Origin: an uncultured Acidobacteriota bacterium
Lineage (GTDB): Bacteria; Acidobacteriota; Thermoanaerobaculia; Multivoradales; JAHEKO01
Assembly (NCBI GenBank): GCA_963713825.1
Contig: CAVQNG010000003.1
Span: 1,216,001 to 1,280,000 of the forward strand
DNA: 64,000 nucleotides
Reading direction: 5' to 3'
Every line of letters begins with the position of its first letter. Positions within the stretch are counted from its first letter, which is position 1. The notes beneath the pieces were generated by a model. The model saw only the letters and a list, made by a program, of their open reading frames with translations. It was not told the DNA's origin and did not search any database. A program made the position numbers and the translations under genes. Positions 28,912-37,370 of this stretch are shown here, piece after piece.

Positions 28912-30189
28912 GTGATCGTTCGAGCCCGGAAATCGACGCAGATCCAAGCCACGCCTTGGCTGGTTGTAGTGTACCTGGCTGCTGCGCTGGTGATCGGTTG
29001 CGGCAGGTCGGTCGAGGCTCCGGCCGAGGCACCTGTCGACCAGGGCACGGCGAGCTTGGTCGAAGACGATGTTTCCGAGCACTTGCGTGCTCTCGGCTAT
29101 GTGGCCTGGGATGAGGATGCGGATTCGAGCCTCAGTGGCGTGATCCTCCACAACGCGAGTGCGGTTGCGCCCGGTGCCAATCTCTACACGAATGACGAAG
29201 ATGCGGTCCTCCTGATCGATGCCGAAGGAACACTTCTCAGGCGATGGGAGCTCCCAGGCCGGGAGCATTGTGAGCACGCCGAGCTTTTGTCGAGCGGGCG
29301 CCTGGCCGTGCTTTGTGAGCGCGAAGCATTGGTGATCCTCGAGACTGATGGAAGCGTGGCGCTCGAAGTACCCGGCAACGTGCATCACGACGTGGCCGAG
29401 CTCGAGGATGGCTCTCTGGTCATGCCGGTGCGAGACGAGGCGCGGAGGTATCGCGGTCGAGCGGTGATCTTCGATTCCATACTGCAGATCTCACCTGACG
29501 GGGGGACGAGCACCCTCTGGTCGAGCTACGACCAGCTCGAGACCCTGCGTGGGATCCACGCTCGAGGAGAGCTCGAGACGCTGCCCTCGCCGCGGATTCT
29601 GGCGCACTATCTGTGGCGCTGGTTGCGTGGTAAGGGCATCAACCGCCACGACTACTACCACCTGAATGCTGTGGAAGTTCTGGGTAAGACCACCCTGGGT
29701 CAGCGAGATGGGCGCTTCCGGGCGGGGAACCTGCTGATCTCTCTGCGCAACGCGGACACCATCGCGATTGTCGATCGCGAATCGCTCGAACCGGTCTGGC
29801 ACTGGGGTGAAGGTGTCCTCGAGCTGCCTCACGACCCTACCTGGCTGCCAGAAGGGCGCTTGCTCGTCTTCGACAACGGAACGCGACGAGGCTACTCTCG
29901 CGTGCTCGAAGTCGATCCAGAAACCGAGGAGATTGTCTGGCGTTATCCGCCGGGAGGAAGCCATTCGTTGAACTCGGAGTGGCGCGGCAGCAGCCAACGT
30001 TTGCCCGGTGGCAACACGCTGATCTGTGAGTCGGAGCAGGGACACGTGCTCGAAGTCACCCCGGAGGGCGAGGTCGTCTGGGAGTTTTGGAACCCCGAGC
30101 TCAGCGACGAAGGCCGCAAGCGCATCTACCGCTTCACGCGACTGCCGCCCGAGAGCGTGGCTCTGCTTCTCGACTCGGTGCCAAAGTAG
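28912..30189 (+). CDS. arylsulfotransferase (ASST) family beta-propeller lipoprotein
   Basis: HHD, DYYHLNAV, LISLRN, PHD, LVFDNG, SRVLE, QRLPGGNTLI; lipobox VIGC. Confidence 0.85.
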   Translation: MIVRARKSTQIQATPWLVVVYLAAALVIGCGRSVEAPAEAPVDQGTASLVEDDVSEHLRALGYVAWDEDADSSLSGVILHNASAVAPGANLYTNDEDAVLLIDAEGTLLRRWELPGREHCEHAELLSSGRLAVLCEREALVILETDGSVALEVPGNVHHDVAELEDGSLVMPVRDEARRYRGRAVIFDSILQISPDGGTSTLWSSYDQLETLRGIHARGELETLPSPRILAHYLWRWLRGKGINRHDYYHLNAVEVLGKTTLGQRDGRFRAGNLLISLRNADTIAIVDRESLEPVWHWGEGVLELPHDPTWLPEGRLLVFDNGTRRGYSRVLEVDPETEEIVWRYPPGGSHSLNSEWRGSSQRLPGGNTLICESEQGHVLEVTPEGEVVWEFWNPELSDEGRKRIYRFTRLPPESVALLLDSVPK

Positions 30190-30341
30190 CTGATCGCGCC
30201 TCGCCTCGAGCGGCAGCGCCAGCCCGAGTCTTGGTCTCTCCCGCTATACTGCGGACAAGGCCCAAATCGGAGCAATGTCTGTCGGGCTCGGTGGCGGTAG
30301 ATCCGACTGGCTGCGTATTAAGTAGGTAAGAACCACTGGAG

Positions 30342-31388
30342 GTGCTTATGTATCCCTTGTCTTCCACGCCCAGGATCCGTCTACTGTCAGCTCTTTTCGT
30401 GCTGATTCTCCTGCAGCCGGTCACGACCCTGGCTGCGAAGACGCTCGCGTCCAAGGCAATCGAATCGGCCCTCGAACAAGGCACTTTCAGGCAGGTCCAA
30501 CAAGAGCTGATGATGGACCTGCATCAGAGGCAGAAGTTCGAGTTCGACGAGGCAGGAGTCGAAGCGCTGGGGCGGAGGTTGCTGAGCGACGAGCAGCAAG
30601 ACACAGCGATCGAGGTTCTGCAGTTGAACCAGGTGCTCCACGGCGGTTCTGCAGGTGCAGCGGTGGCTGTGGCCGACGCCTATCGGCAGGCGGGCCAGTC
30701 GACGGTTGCGCAGGTGTACTACGAGAAGGCTCTGGACCTCGACCCGGGAAACCGAGATGCGCGTCGAGGCCTTCAGGAGACACTAGGCGCAGAAGCTGAC
30801 CCGATGACGGGAGCGATGGGCGACTGGGAGCTCGACCCCGAGGCCATGCAGGAATCCATGGCTCAGATGGGCATGGAGATGTCGCCTGAGCAGATGGCGG
30901 AGATGCAAGAAGCCATGGAGCGGCTCCAGCAGATGCAGGATGGAACCGAGCCAGCCGAGGCCCCCAGGCTGACCCAGAGGTCCGATTCGACTTCACGAGC
31001 CAGTGAGGCTGTAGCTCCAGCCGAGCCAGCGCATGAATCCGAGTTCTGCGAGGTGCTGCACAGGTTCAACTCCGACAAGAAGATCCCCGATGCCGGGGTG
31101 CGAGCGCGCTTCGAGGGAGAGTACGGTGCGGCCGCCGATGCCGCCCGCGGTAAAACCTGGAATGTCGAGACCGCCTGTGGAGAGTTCCTAGTGGCAGTTC
31201 CTCTATGGGCGGACGTTTCGCCACCGGTTCTGGATCAGAAGGGCGGAACGCGGTTCGAGGACGCGATGGGAGGCTCCTGGTTCTTCGAGATCGGTAGCGA
31301 TGGCAAAGCCAAGGGCGTGACCCTGACCGCGAAAGACGGCGCGACATCGGAGATGAAGAGACTGGGGAGCCCCCGGTCCTACGATTGA
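30342..31388 (+). CDS. secreted tetratricopeptide repeat protein
   Basis: Signal peptide, YYEKALDLDPGN TPR, Met/Gln-rich linker, beta-rich C-terminal domain. Confidence 0.75.
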   Translation: MLMYPLSSTPRIRLLSALFVLILLQPVTTLAAKTLASKAIESALEQGTFRQVQQELMMDLHQRQKFEFDEAGVEALGRRLLSDEQQDTAIEVLQLNQVLHGGSAGAAVAVADAYRQAGQSTVAQVYYEKALDLDPGNRDARRGLQETLGAEADPMTGAMGDWELDPEAMQESMAQMGMEMSPEQMAEMQEAMERLQQMQDGTEPAEAPRLTQRSDSTSRASEAVAPAEPAHESEFCEVLHRFNSDKKIPDAGVRARFEGEYGAAADAARGKTWNVETACGEFLVAVPLWADVSPPVLDQKGGTRFEDAMGGSWFFEIGSDGKAKGVTLTAKDGATSEMKRLGSPRSYD

Positions 31389-33334
31389 GGCCCGGACGCC
31401 TTCTGTGACTGAGGATTCAGCTTCCATCGACAGAGCTCGATTCTGAAGTCCCGTGGGCGAAGCGGCCGGCCGGCAGCCTCTATCACGACACGAGGTTCTT
31501 TTTCGTCCGGCACGACCCGCGTGGAGACGAAGTGATGCTCCTTGGTGTCACGCCTCCAGGACGTCCAGGTCAGGCTCACGAGCTCCCCTCCCAGTCGAAT
31601 TTCTGGCAGCTTCGCTCCCCGCTTGAAGTGGGACTGCTTGACGTAGACGATCAGGGAAGGGATCTCCCGAGGTGAAAGAGCTCGAGGAAGAACCGTCATC
31701 AGGCAGTCCCTTCGTCCCGTGCAGCGATCGAGACCGAGAGGAAGCGGGGCCGCGAGCTGCGGAATGATCTGGAAGGCCGCAGTCATTTCGGGACCACGGG
31801 CACGAAAGATCTCTGGTTTGTAGATGCGGACCTGCGCCGCGGAGAAAGTTGAAAACCATTGGGAGAGCGGCTCCGAGTCCGACTGTTGGAGCGAGGTTGA
31901 GAGGACAGCCAGACCGTCGGCCATTGCCAGGGCCTCTCGGGGCAGATCTCGTGCGGAGTCGATCCGTTCGAAGGCTGCTCGATTCCGAGCGAACTGTCGC
32001 GGCCATCCCTCCCAACTCGGTCTCGCGAGTTGTGGATCCTCTTGATAGACGAGCCTGCCCTCGGGTGGTTTGAGGTGACGAGCCAGGAACTGCTTGGCAA
32101 GCAGGCTGGTAGGTGGAACGACGGCGCAGTAGGTGTAGGAAATACCTGGCGATCCAGCCAAGACCACCACTGCGGCGCAGGCCAGAAGTGCGAAGATCGG
32201 TCGTTGCAGGAGGTCCGAGGTTTCCGTTGCCCGTGTCCAGGCCGACACCAGAACCCACCCGGTCGCCAGGAATACAAATGGCAGCAAGACCAGGAAATTG
32301 TTTCTCTTCAAGTAGGCAGTCGTCAGAACATAGGCGGTCACATAGACGACGGGAAAAGTGAGGAACATCAATCGGGCAAGCCATTCGGACTCGACAGCGC
32401 GGTGACGCCAAAGCCAGACAAGAAGCCCGAGGAGTCCGAGAATTCCGAGGCCCGTGAGCCAAGGGCTCTGAACGGTGGGTTCAAGCAGGAACTCTACGGT
32501 ACGCCATGGAACCGATAGCTGAGTCTGGCCTTTGGCCTCGGCTTGGATTGCGTAAAGGCGTCGGAGATTGACGAGCCATTCTGGATAGTGGCGCCAGTAG
32601 GGGTTGGTCAGGGCGAAGGAGAGCGCCGACGACAGGCCGGCAACGCCAAGCAAGAGGAGATCGCGGTGACGCCGCCGTCCCATGATGAGAGCGGCCACAA
32701 CCAGGGGCATGGCGACCATCACGCCGATCGCTTTGCTACTGGCAGCCAGGGTGACACCAAGTCCGGCCAGCGCATATCGAGCGATGGTTGGCCTCTCGAC
32801 TGCGCGCAACGCGAGCAGAAAAGCCAGCAGCGTCATGCACAGCAGTTGTGAGTCCGGTTTGAAGTAACCCGAGGAGTGAATGGCTTGCGGCGAGAATGCG
32901 ACGAGCAGTGCACCGACCAGTCCGACACCAGAGGAGAAGATCCTCTTGCCGATGAGGAAGGTCAGGAGGATTGCGATCGTGCCGTAGAAAATGGGACCGG
33001 CCCGGCAGAGAAAGAGGGCGCGAGGGGTAACTGTGCCGTCTGGGGTGACAGCCGTCCAAGGCTCATCCTCTGTCGAGCTCGACAGCTTCTCTGCGGCTGC
33101 GATGAGTGCCGCAGGTGGCACATTGAAGAGTGGGTACGGGTAGTAGGACTTGACCGGTGCCAGGGTGCCGGTTTCCAGGATGGACTGGACGTTGGGCCAG
33201 CTGTGCTGCTCGTCTTCGAATCGACTCAGGCGCAGTCCGAAGCCGCCGTACCAGAGGCGCAGCGCTAGGCCAGCGGCGAGAATCAGGCCAAGGGCGATTC
33301 TCGTCGCGGCCGACCGAGCATTGTTCGTGCCCAT
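31379..33334 (-). CDS. ArnT/PMT-like glycosyltransferase (GT39/GT83, GT-C fold)
   Basis: LALRL...DE motif after TM1, YP.LF, KPD, SK, NPY; about 11 TMs plus a soluble C-terminal domain. Confidence 0.85.
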   Translation of the reverse strand: MGTNNARSAATRIALGLILAAGLALRLWYGGFGLRLSRFEDEQHSWPNVQSILETGTLAPVKSYYPYPLFNVPPAALIAAAEKLSSSTEDEPWTAVTPDGTVTPRALFLCRAGPIFYGTIAILLTFLIGKRIFSSGVGLVGALLVAFSPQAIHSSGYFKPDSQLLCMTLLAFLLALRAVERPTIARYALAGLGVTLAASSKAIGVMVAMPLVVAALIMGRRRHRDLLLLGVAGLSSALSFALTNPYWRHYPEWLVNLRRLYAIQAEAKGQTQLSVPWRTVEFLLEPTVQSPWLTGLGILGLLGLLVWLWRHRAVESEWLARLMFLTFPVVYVTAYVLTTAYLKRNNFLVLLPFVFLATGWVLVSAWTRATETSDLLQRPIFALLACAAVVVLAGSPGISYTYCAVVPPTSLLAKQFLARHLKPPEGRLVYQEDPQLARPSWEGWPRQFARNRAAFERIDSARDLPREALAMADGLAVLSTSLQQSDSEPLSQWFSTFSAAQVRIYKPEIFRARGPEMTAAFQIIPQLAAPLPLGLDRCTGRRDCLMTVLPRALSPREIPSLIVYVKQSHFKRGAKLPEIRLGGELVSLTWTSWRRDTKEHHFVSTRVVPDEKEPRVVIEAAGRPLRPRDFRIELCRWKLNPQSQKASGPQS

Positions 33335-33452
33335 CGTCTTAGACACCCGATTCGATGCAACTGGGCTAATCGTATCCGCTTTGGGGAGAGTGTGGTCCGA
33401 GCGGGCCGTATACTACGAGCCGGGAAACGCCATCCTGATGGAGACCAAGACG

Positions 33453-33908
33453 ATGCGCCGCAATGCCAGTCTCGTGTTCATTGCTTGCTTTCTGCTGTCG
33501 AGTGTCGCCGGCCTGGCGGCAGAGCCATCCAGCGATGCAGAGCAAGTCAAGACGACGCTCAATGCCATGTGGGAGGCCATCGAGCGCGGCGATGCTGAAG
33601 CCTACGCGCAATACGTGCACCCTGATTTCACGCAGTTTGGAGAAGGGGATGTGTATCTGACCCAGGGAAAGCAAAACGAGGTCGAGTCCATTCGGGACTA
33701 TGTGCGGCGCGCCACAGACGTGCACACCGAGATGCACCAACCGATCGTGACGGTACGTGGTGACGTCGCCTGGATCGTCTACTACTGGACCGACGCAGGA
33801 GTCGTCGGGGGTGACCGCTTCACCAGTCGTGGCAAATCCACCCGTATCTTTGTGAAAGAGAATGGTCGGTGGCTATGCATTCATGGTCACTACACGGCTG
33901 TTCCTTGA
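33453..33908 (+). CDS. secreted nuclear transport factor 2 (SnoaL/DUF4440) family protein
   Basis: Signal peptide; GDVAW...STRIFVKENGRWLCIHGHYT. Confidence 0.85.
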   Translation: MRRNASLVFIACFLLSSVAGLAAEPSSDAEQVKTTLNAMWEAIERGDAEAYAQYVHPDFTQFGEGDVYLTQGKQNEVESIRDYVRRATDVHTEMHQPIVTVRGDVAWIVYYWTDAGVVGGDRFTSRGKSTRIFVKENGRWLCIHGHYTAVP

Positions 33909-33939
33909 AGCGTCGAGGAACTGAAAAGGAGACTCGCTC

Positions 33940-34101
33940 ATGGAGCTTTTTCTAGGCATTCCGATCTGGCTTCTCTTTGGGATTCTCGGGGCTTGGATCG
34001 CTACCACCAAGGGGCGCTCCGGCTGTGGCTGGTTCCTGCTGTGCTCGATCCTCGGGCCCTTCGGTCTCATTCTCGCGGCGGTAGTCTCCAAGAAGAGTTG
34101 A
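33940..34101 (+). CDS. small membrane protein (53 aa)
   Basis: AAGGAG RBS; MELFLGIPIWLLFGILGAWIATTKGRSGCGWFLLCSILGPFGLILAAVVSKKS; absent from the ORF track. Confidence 0.8.
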   Translation: MELFLGIPIWLLFGILGAWIATTKGRSGCGWFLLCSILGPFGLILAAVVSKKS

Positions 34102-34141
34102 GCCCCGACCCCGCCGCTTGAATTCTACTGGCGACCCCTCG

Positions 34142-35803
34142 ATGACTCGGCACAAGCTCTCGCTGGCCCAGCAGACTGCCTTGTTGGCCGCCCTCGCAGG
34201 CGCCGCTCTCGGGATATGGCTCGTCTATCTCATGCCATACGGTCTCTTCTCCGGCGACGAAGGCGTCAAGCTGGTGCAGAGCCTCTCCCTGCTGGAGAGC
34301 GACTGGCAGAGCTTGGCGATCCCCTACCCTGGTGCCGATCTCGATCCCGGAGAGGAGCACCTGCCGTTGCAGCCACCCTTCGTCTGGCAGCACGAGAACG
34401 CCTGGTATGGCATCTACTCTTTGGTCTATACGTCTGTCACGGCGTTGGCCTGGAAGGTGGGAGGCCTTCGAGCCGTCTTCCTTTGGTCCTGGCTCGGCGC
34501 GGCGACTGCCCTGGTTTCGCTCGCTTGGCTCGCGAACCGCGCCGTGGGGCCGAGATGGGCTGCGGGAGTTGTGGCGGCGACGGCGCTAGCGAGCCCACTG
34601 CTACTGTACGGGACCCTGAATTTCGAGCACACCTGGGCCTGCGCTGCGGCGCTGGCCTGCATCGGGCTGTTGGGTCGGCCCGGGTCGACGAGCCGATCAT
34701 GGTTCGCCGCGGGCGCTCTGCTTGGTCTAGGAGCAACCGTGCGCCCCGAGCTCTATGCGTTCAGCGTCGGCGTGACCGCTTTCTCGCTGGTTCTTTGGGG
34801 ATGGCACTGGGAAACTCTGCGCCGCCTGGTTGTCGTCGGAGCCGGCACCGTGCTCGTCACCGGAATCGACCTGGTTTCGAAAGCGATCTTGTTCGGCAGC
34901 TTCCATCCGAACCTGCAGGCGAGCGGCTTGCCGTCGACCACCTATGCCATCAATTTCACCCGACTCGTTCCTCTCGATATCCAGGAATCTGGACTGTTGG
35001 CACTCGCAGCCGCACTGCTGGTCGGCTGGCTGCCGGCGATGGGGAAGGCCTCCCGCATCGCGAAATGGCTCGCCGGAGTGGTGCTCGCCCTCGTCTTCTC
35101 ACGGCTCGCCTGGCTGGCTCTCGCGGCGGTAACGCCTTCGATGTTCGGCGATACGCGGACGGTCGTCGGCCTGTTCGCAGCGACGCCGCTGGCCCTGGTC
35201 GGGCTTCTTCGAGGCTGCAGGAAGGATCCGACGACGGGAGGCTCGAAGTTGGGCGCCGCTTGTGGTGCAGCCGCAATCGGATTCAGTGGCGCCGTCGTAG
35301 CGATACGAATTCCCGGTTTTATCGGAGGGCTGGAGTTGGGCTCGCGCTATCTACTGCCGGCGGTACCTTTCCTCTTGATCGCCGGTGCAGACTACCTACG
35401 AGGTCTGGAGGGCAGGACGTATCGGTGGGTGGCCATGGCGGCCTGCCTACCGTTGGTCGCTCTATCTCTGCAGGCGACTGTCGTCAACGGTATGAGTACC
35501 TACCTGATACGCCAGCACACTTCGCGACTCCTCTCAGGCGTCGAGGAGGCCGGTGTCGTCGACGTCGTAACGCGGCACTTCTGGATTCCGCATCTGCTGG
35601 CGCCGCTCTATTTCGAGAGGCGGATCTACCTGAACCCGAACGACGAGCTCTTGCGAAGGATGATGGAGAAGGGACGCCGCCGAGTGGTGGGTGTGGACCT
35701 CATGGTCGGGATCTACTCTGGCGATCGCGTCAAGGTGACCAGAGATCGGGTCCTTTTCAAGCCGGGTCATGTCATGAGCTATCGGCTCGGTCCACCCGAC
35801 TAG
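34142..35803 (+). CDS. polytopic membrane protein, putative GT-C glycosyltransferase (LA_3751-like)
   Basis: SGDEGVKLVQ after TM1, FEH, VRPE, GSRYLLP; more than 10 TMs. Confidence 0.65.
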   Translation: MTRHKLSLAQQTALLAALAGAALGIWLVYLMPYGLFSGDEGVKLVQSLSLLESDWQSLAIPYPGADLDPGEEHLPLQPPFVWQHENAWYGIYSLVYTSVTALAWKVGGLRAVFLWSWLGAATALVSLAWLANRAVGPRWAAGVVAATALASPLLLYGTLNFEHTWACAAALACIGLLGRPGSTSRSWFAAGALLGLGATVRPELYAFSVGVTAFSLVLWGWHWETLRRLVVVGAGTVLVTGIDLVSKAILFGSFHPNLQASGLPSTTYAINFTRLVPLDIQESGLLALAAALLVGWLPAMGKASRIAKWLAGVVLALVFSRLAWLALAAVTPSMFGDTRTVVGLFAATPLALVGLLRGCRKDPTTGGSKLGAACGAAAIGFSGAVVAIRIPGFIGGLELGSRYLLPAVPFLLIAGADYLRGLEGRTYRWVAMAACLPLVALSLQATVVNGMSTYLIRQHTSRLLSGVEEAGVVDVVTRHFWIPHLLAPLYFERRIYLNPNDELLRRMMEKGRRRVVGVDLMVGIYSGDRVKVTRDRVLFKPGHVMSYRLGPPD

Positions 35804-37299
35804 TGCCGACCACCCTTTTCGTCCACATAACCGAGGGCGCGTAGCTCGTCGAGAGTCTCTTCGTCGACCTCTTCGATCGAAGGCTGCGCTAGGCTGGGCG
35901 CAGTGGCGAGGAATGCATCCAGCTGATCTGCCAACTCCCGGGCCTTTACGGGTTCTTCGCCTAGAAGATTGCGTTGCTCGCCGGGGTCGCTCGAGAGGTC
36001 GAAGAGCCGATCTTTGCGCGAATTTCCGAGATCGCGAATGTACTTCCATGAGCCCTGCCGAATCGCTCGGAGGCCGGGCTCGGCTCTCGACACCGCGAGG
36101 TAGATGGGGGCTCGCTCGAGACTGCTGTCGTCGATCAGGGGTAAGAGACTCTCGCCCTGAGACATGGGAGGCAGGTGGAGCCCGAGAAGATCGAGGATCG
36201 TTGGCGTCACGTCGATCAGACTGACGGGCTGGCGGACGATGCCACCCGCGTGAGCCGCTCCAGGCAAGCGCAGGATCAAGGGAACCCTCACCTGCTCCTC
36301 GTGAAGATCCTGGCCATGTCCCAGATTTCCATGTTCGTAGAACTCCTCGCCATGGTCTGCCGTCACTACGATCAGGGCATTTGCGTCCAGGTCGAGGGTC
36401 TCGAACGCCTGTCGGATCTGCTCGTCGGTGTAGCTGATCTCGGCGTCGTAGGCGGCCTTCGCAATGCGCAACTCCTTCTTGAGTCGCCTTGGATTGCGGC
36501 GCCTGCCGTCGGGTGAGTTGAGCCAGTACAGACGTCGGATGTCGACGGGGTCGTCCTCGGAGAATTCGCCGGCCAGAGCCGGAACCGGATTCTCGAACCA
36601 GGGTTCCCGGGGGTAGTAAGGGTCGTGGGGATCGAAGTAGTGGATCCAGAGGAAGTAGGGCTGGCCGCCGGAGCGAAGCTCCTCGCTCCAGGTCTCGAGA
36701 ACAGGTGCGATGCGGTCGGCGTTGGCGAAGCCGAGATTCTCGTAATGCTCGAAGCCCTGGGCGAAGCCGAACCTGGGTGCCAGATGGAGGTTCGCTGAAA
36801 CGCCGTAGGTTCTGTATCCAGCCGCACGTAGGATCTCTGCCAATAGAAGGTAGCTGTCGTCCAGAACCTCCTGGCCTACAATGCGATTCTTTTCGATCAA
36901 GCCGCGCTGGACGCCGTGATGGTCGGGATCGAGGGAGGTGAACAGAGAGGCCATGCTGGGAACGGTCCAGCTTGATGGGCTGTACGAAGTGGTGCAACGC
37001 ACCCCTTGATCGGCTAGGGCATCGAGGAAAGGGGTTGTCTGCCGGTCGTAGCCATAGGCGCTCACCCGGTCGCTCCGCAGGGTATCGATGGTGATAAGGA
37101 CGATGTTCGGTCTCGGCGGCGGTTCTTCTACGGGCCGACAGCCAAGAGTCTGTGCAAGCAGCAGGAAGGTGAGTGGGATGAGCGCCAGGCGCCCGGATCC
37201 TGTGGAGACCCGGCTGCGGGATCGGGTCCGCGTCGAGGTGGAGCTGAAGTTGCATCGCATCGGTTGAGCTGCGCTGAACGACGGGCGGAAGGCTAACAC
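35800..37299 (-). CDS. sulfatase-like alkaline phosphatase superfamily lipoprotein
   Basis: PNIVLITIDTLRSD, WTVPSMASLFT, HYFDPHDPY, YDAEI, ADHGE..EHG, C-terminal LRALGY. Start uncertain. Confidence 0.9.
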   Translation of the reverse strand: MLAFRPSFSAAQPMRCNFSSTSTRTRSRSRVSTGSGRLALIPLTFLLLAQTLGCRPVEEPPPRPNIVLITIDTLRSDRVSAYGYDRQTTPFLDALADQGVRCTTSYSPSSWTVPSMASLFTSLDPDHHGVQRGLIEKNRIVGQEVLDDSYLLLAEILRAAGYRTYGVSANLHLAPRFGFAQGFEHYENLGFANADRIAPVLETWSEELRSGGQPYFLWIHYFDPHDPYYPREPWFENPVPALAGEFSEDDPVDIRRLYWLNSPDGRRRNPRRLKKELRIAKAAYDAEISYTDEQIRQAFETLDLDANALIVVTADHGEEFYEHGNLGHGQDLHEEQVRVPLILRLPGAAHAGGIVRQPVSLIDVTPTILDLLGLHLPPMSQGESLLPLIDDSSLERAPIYLAVSRAEPGLRAIRQGSWKYIRDLGNSRKDRLFDLSSDPGEQRNLLGEEPVKARELADQLDAFLATAPSLAQPSIEEVDEETLDELRALGYVDEKGGRH

Positions 37300-37370
37300 A
37301 CCGTAGGGTCGACGAGGTCAGAGAAGGGATGTAGGCTTGCCTTTTGAATGCTTCCGGGGGAATTCCGACC

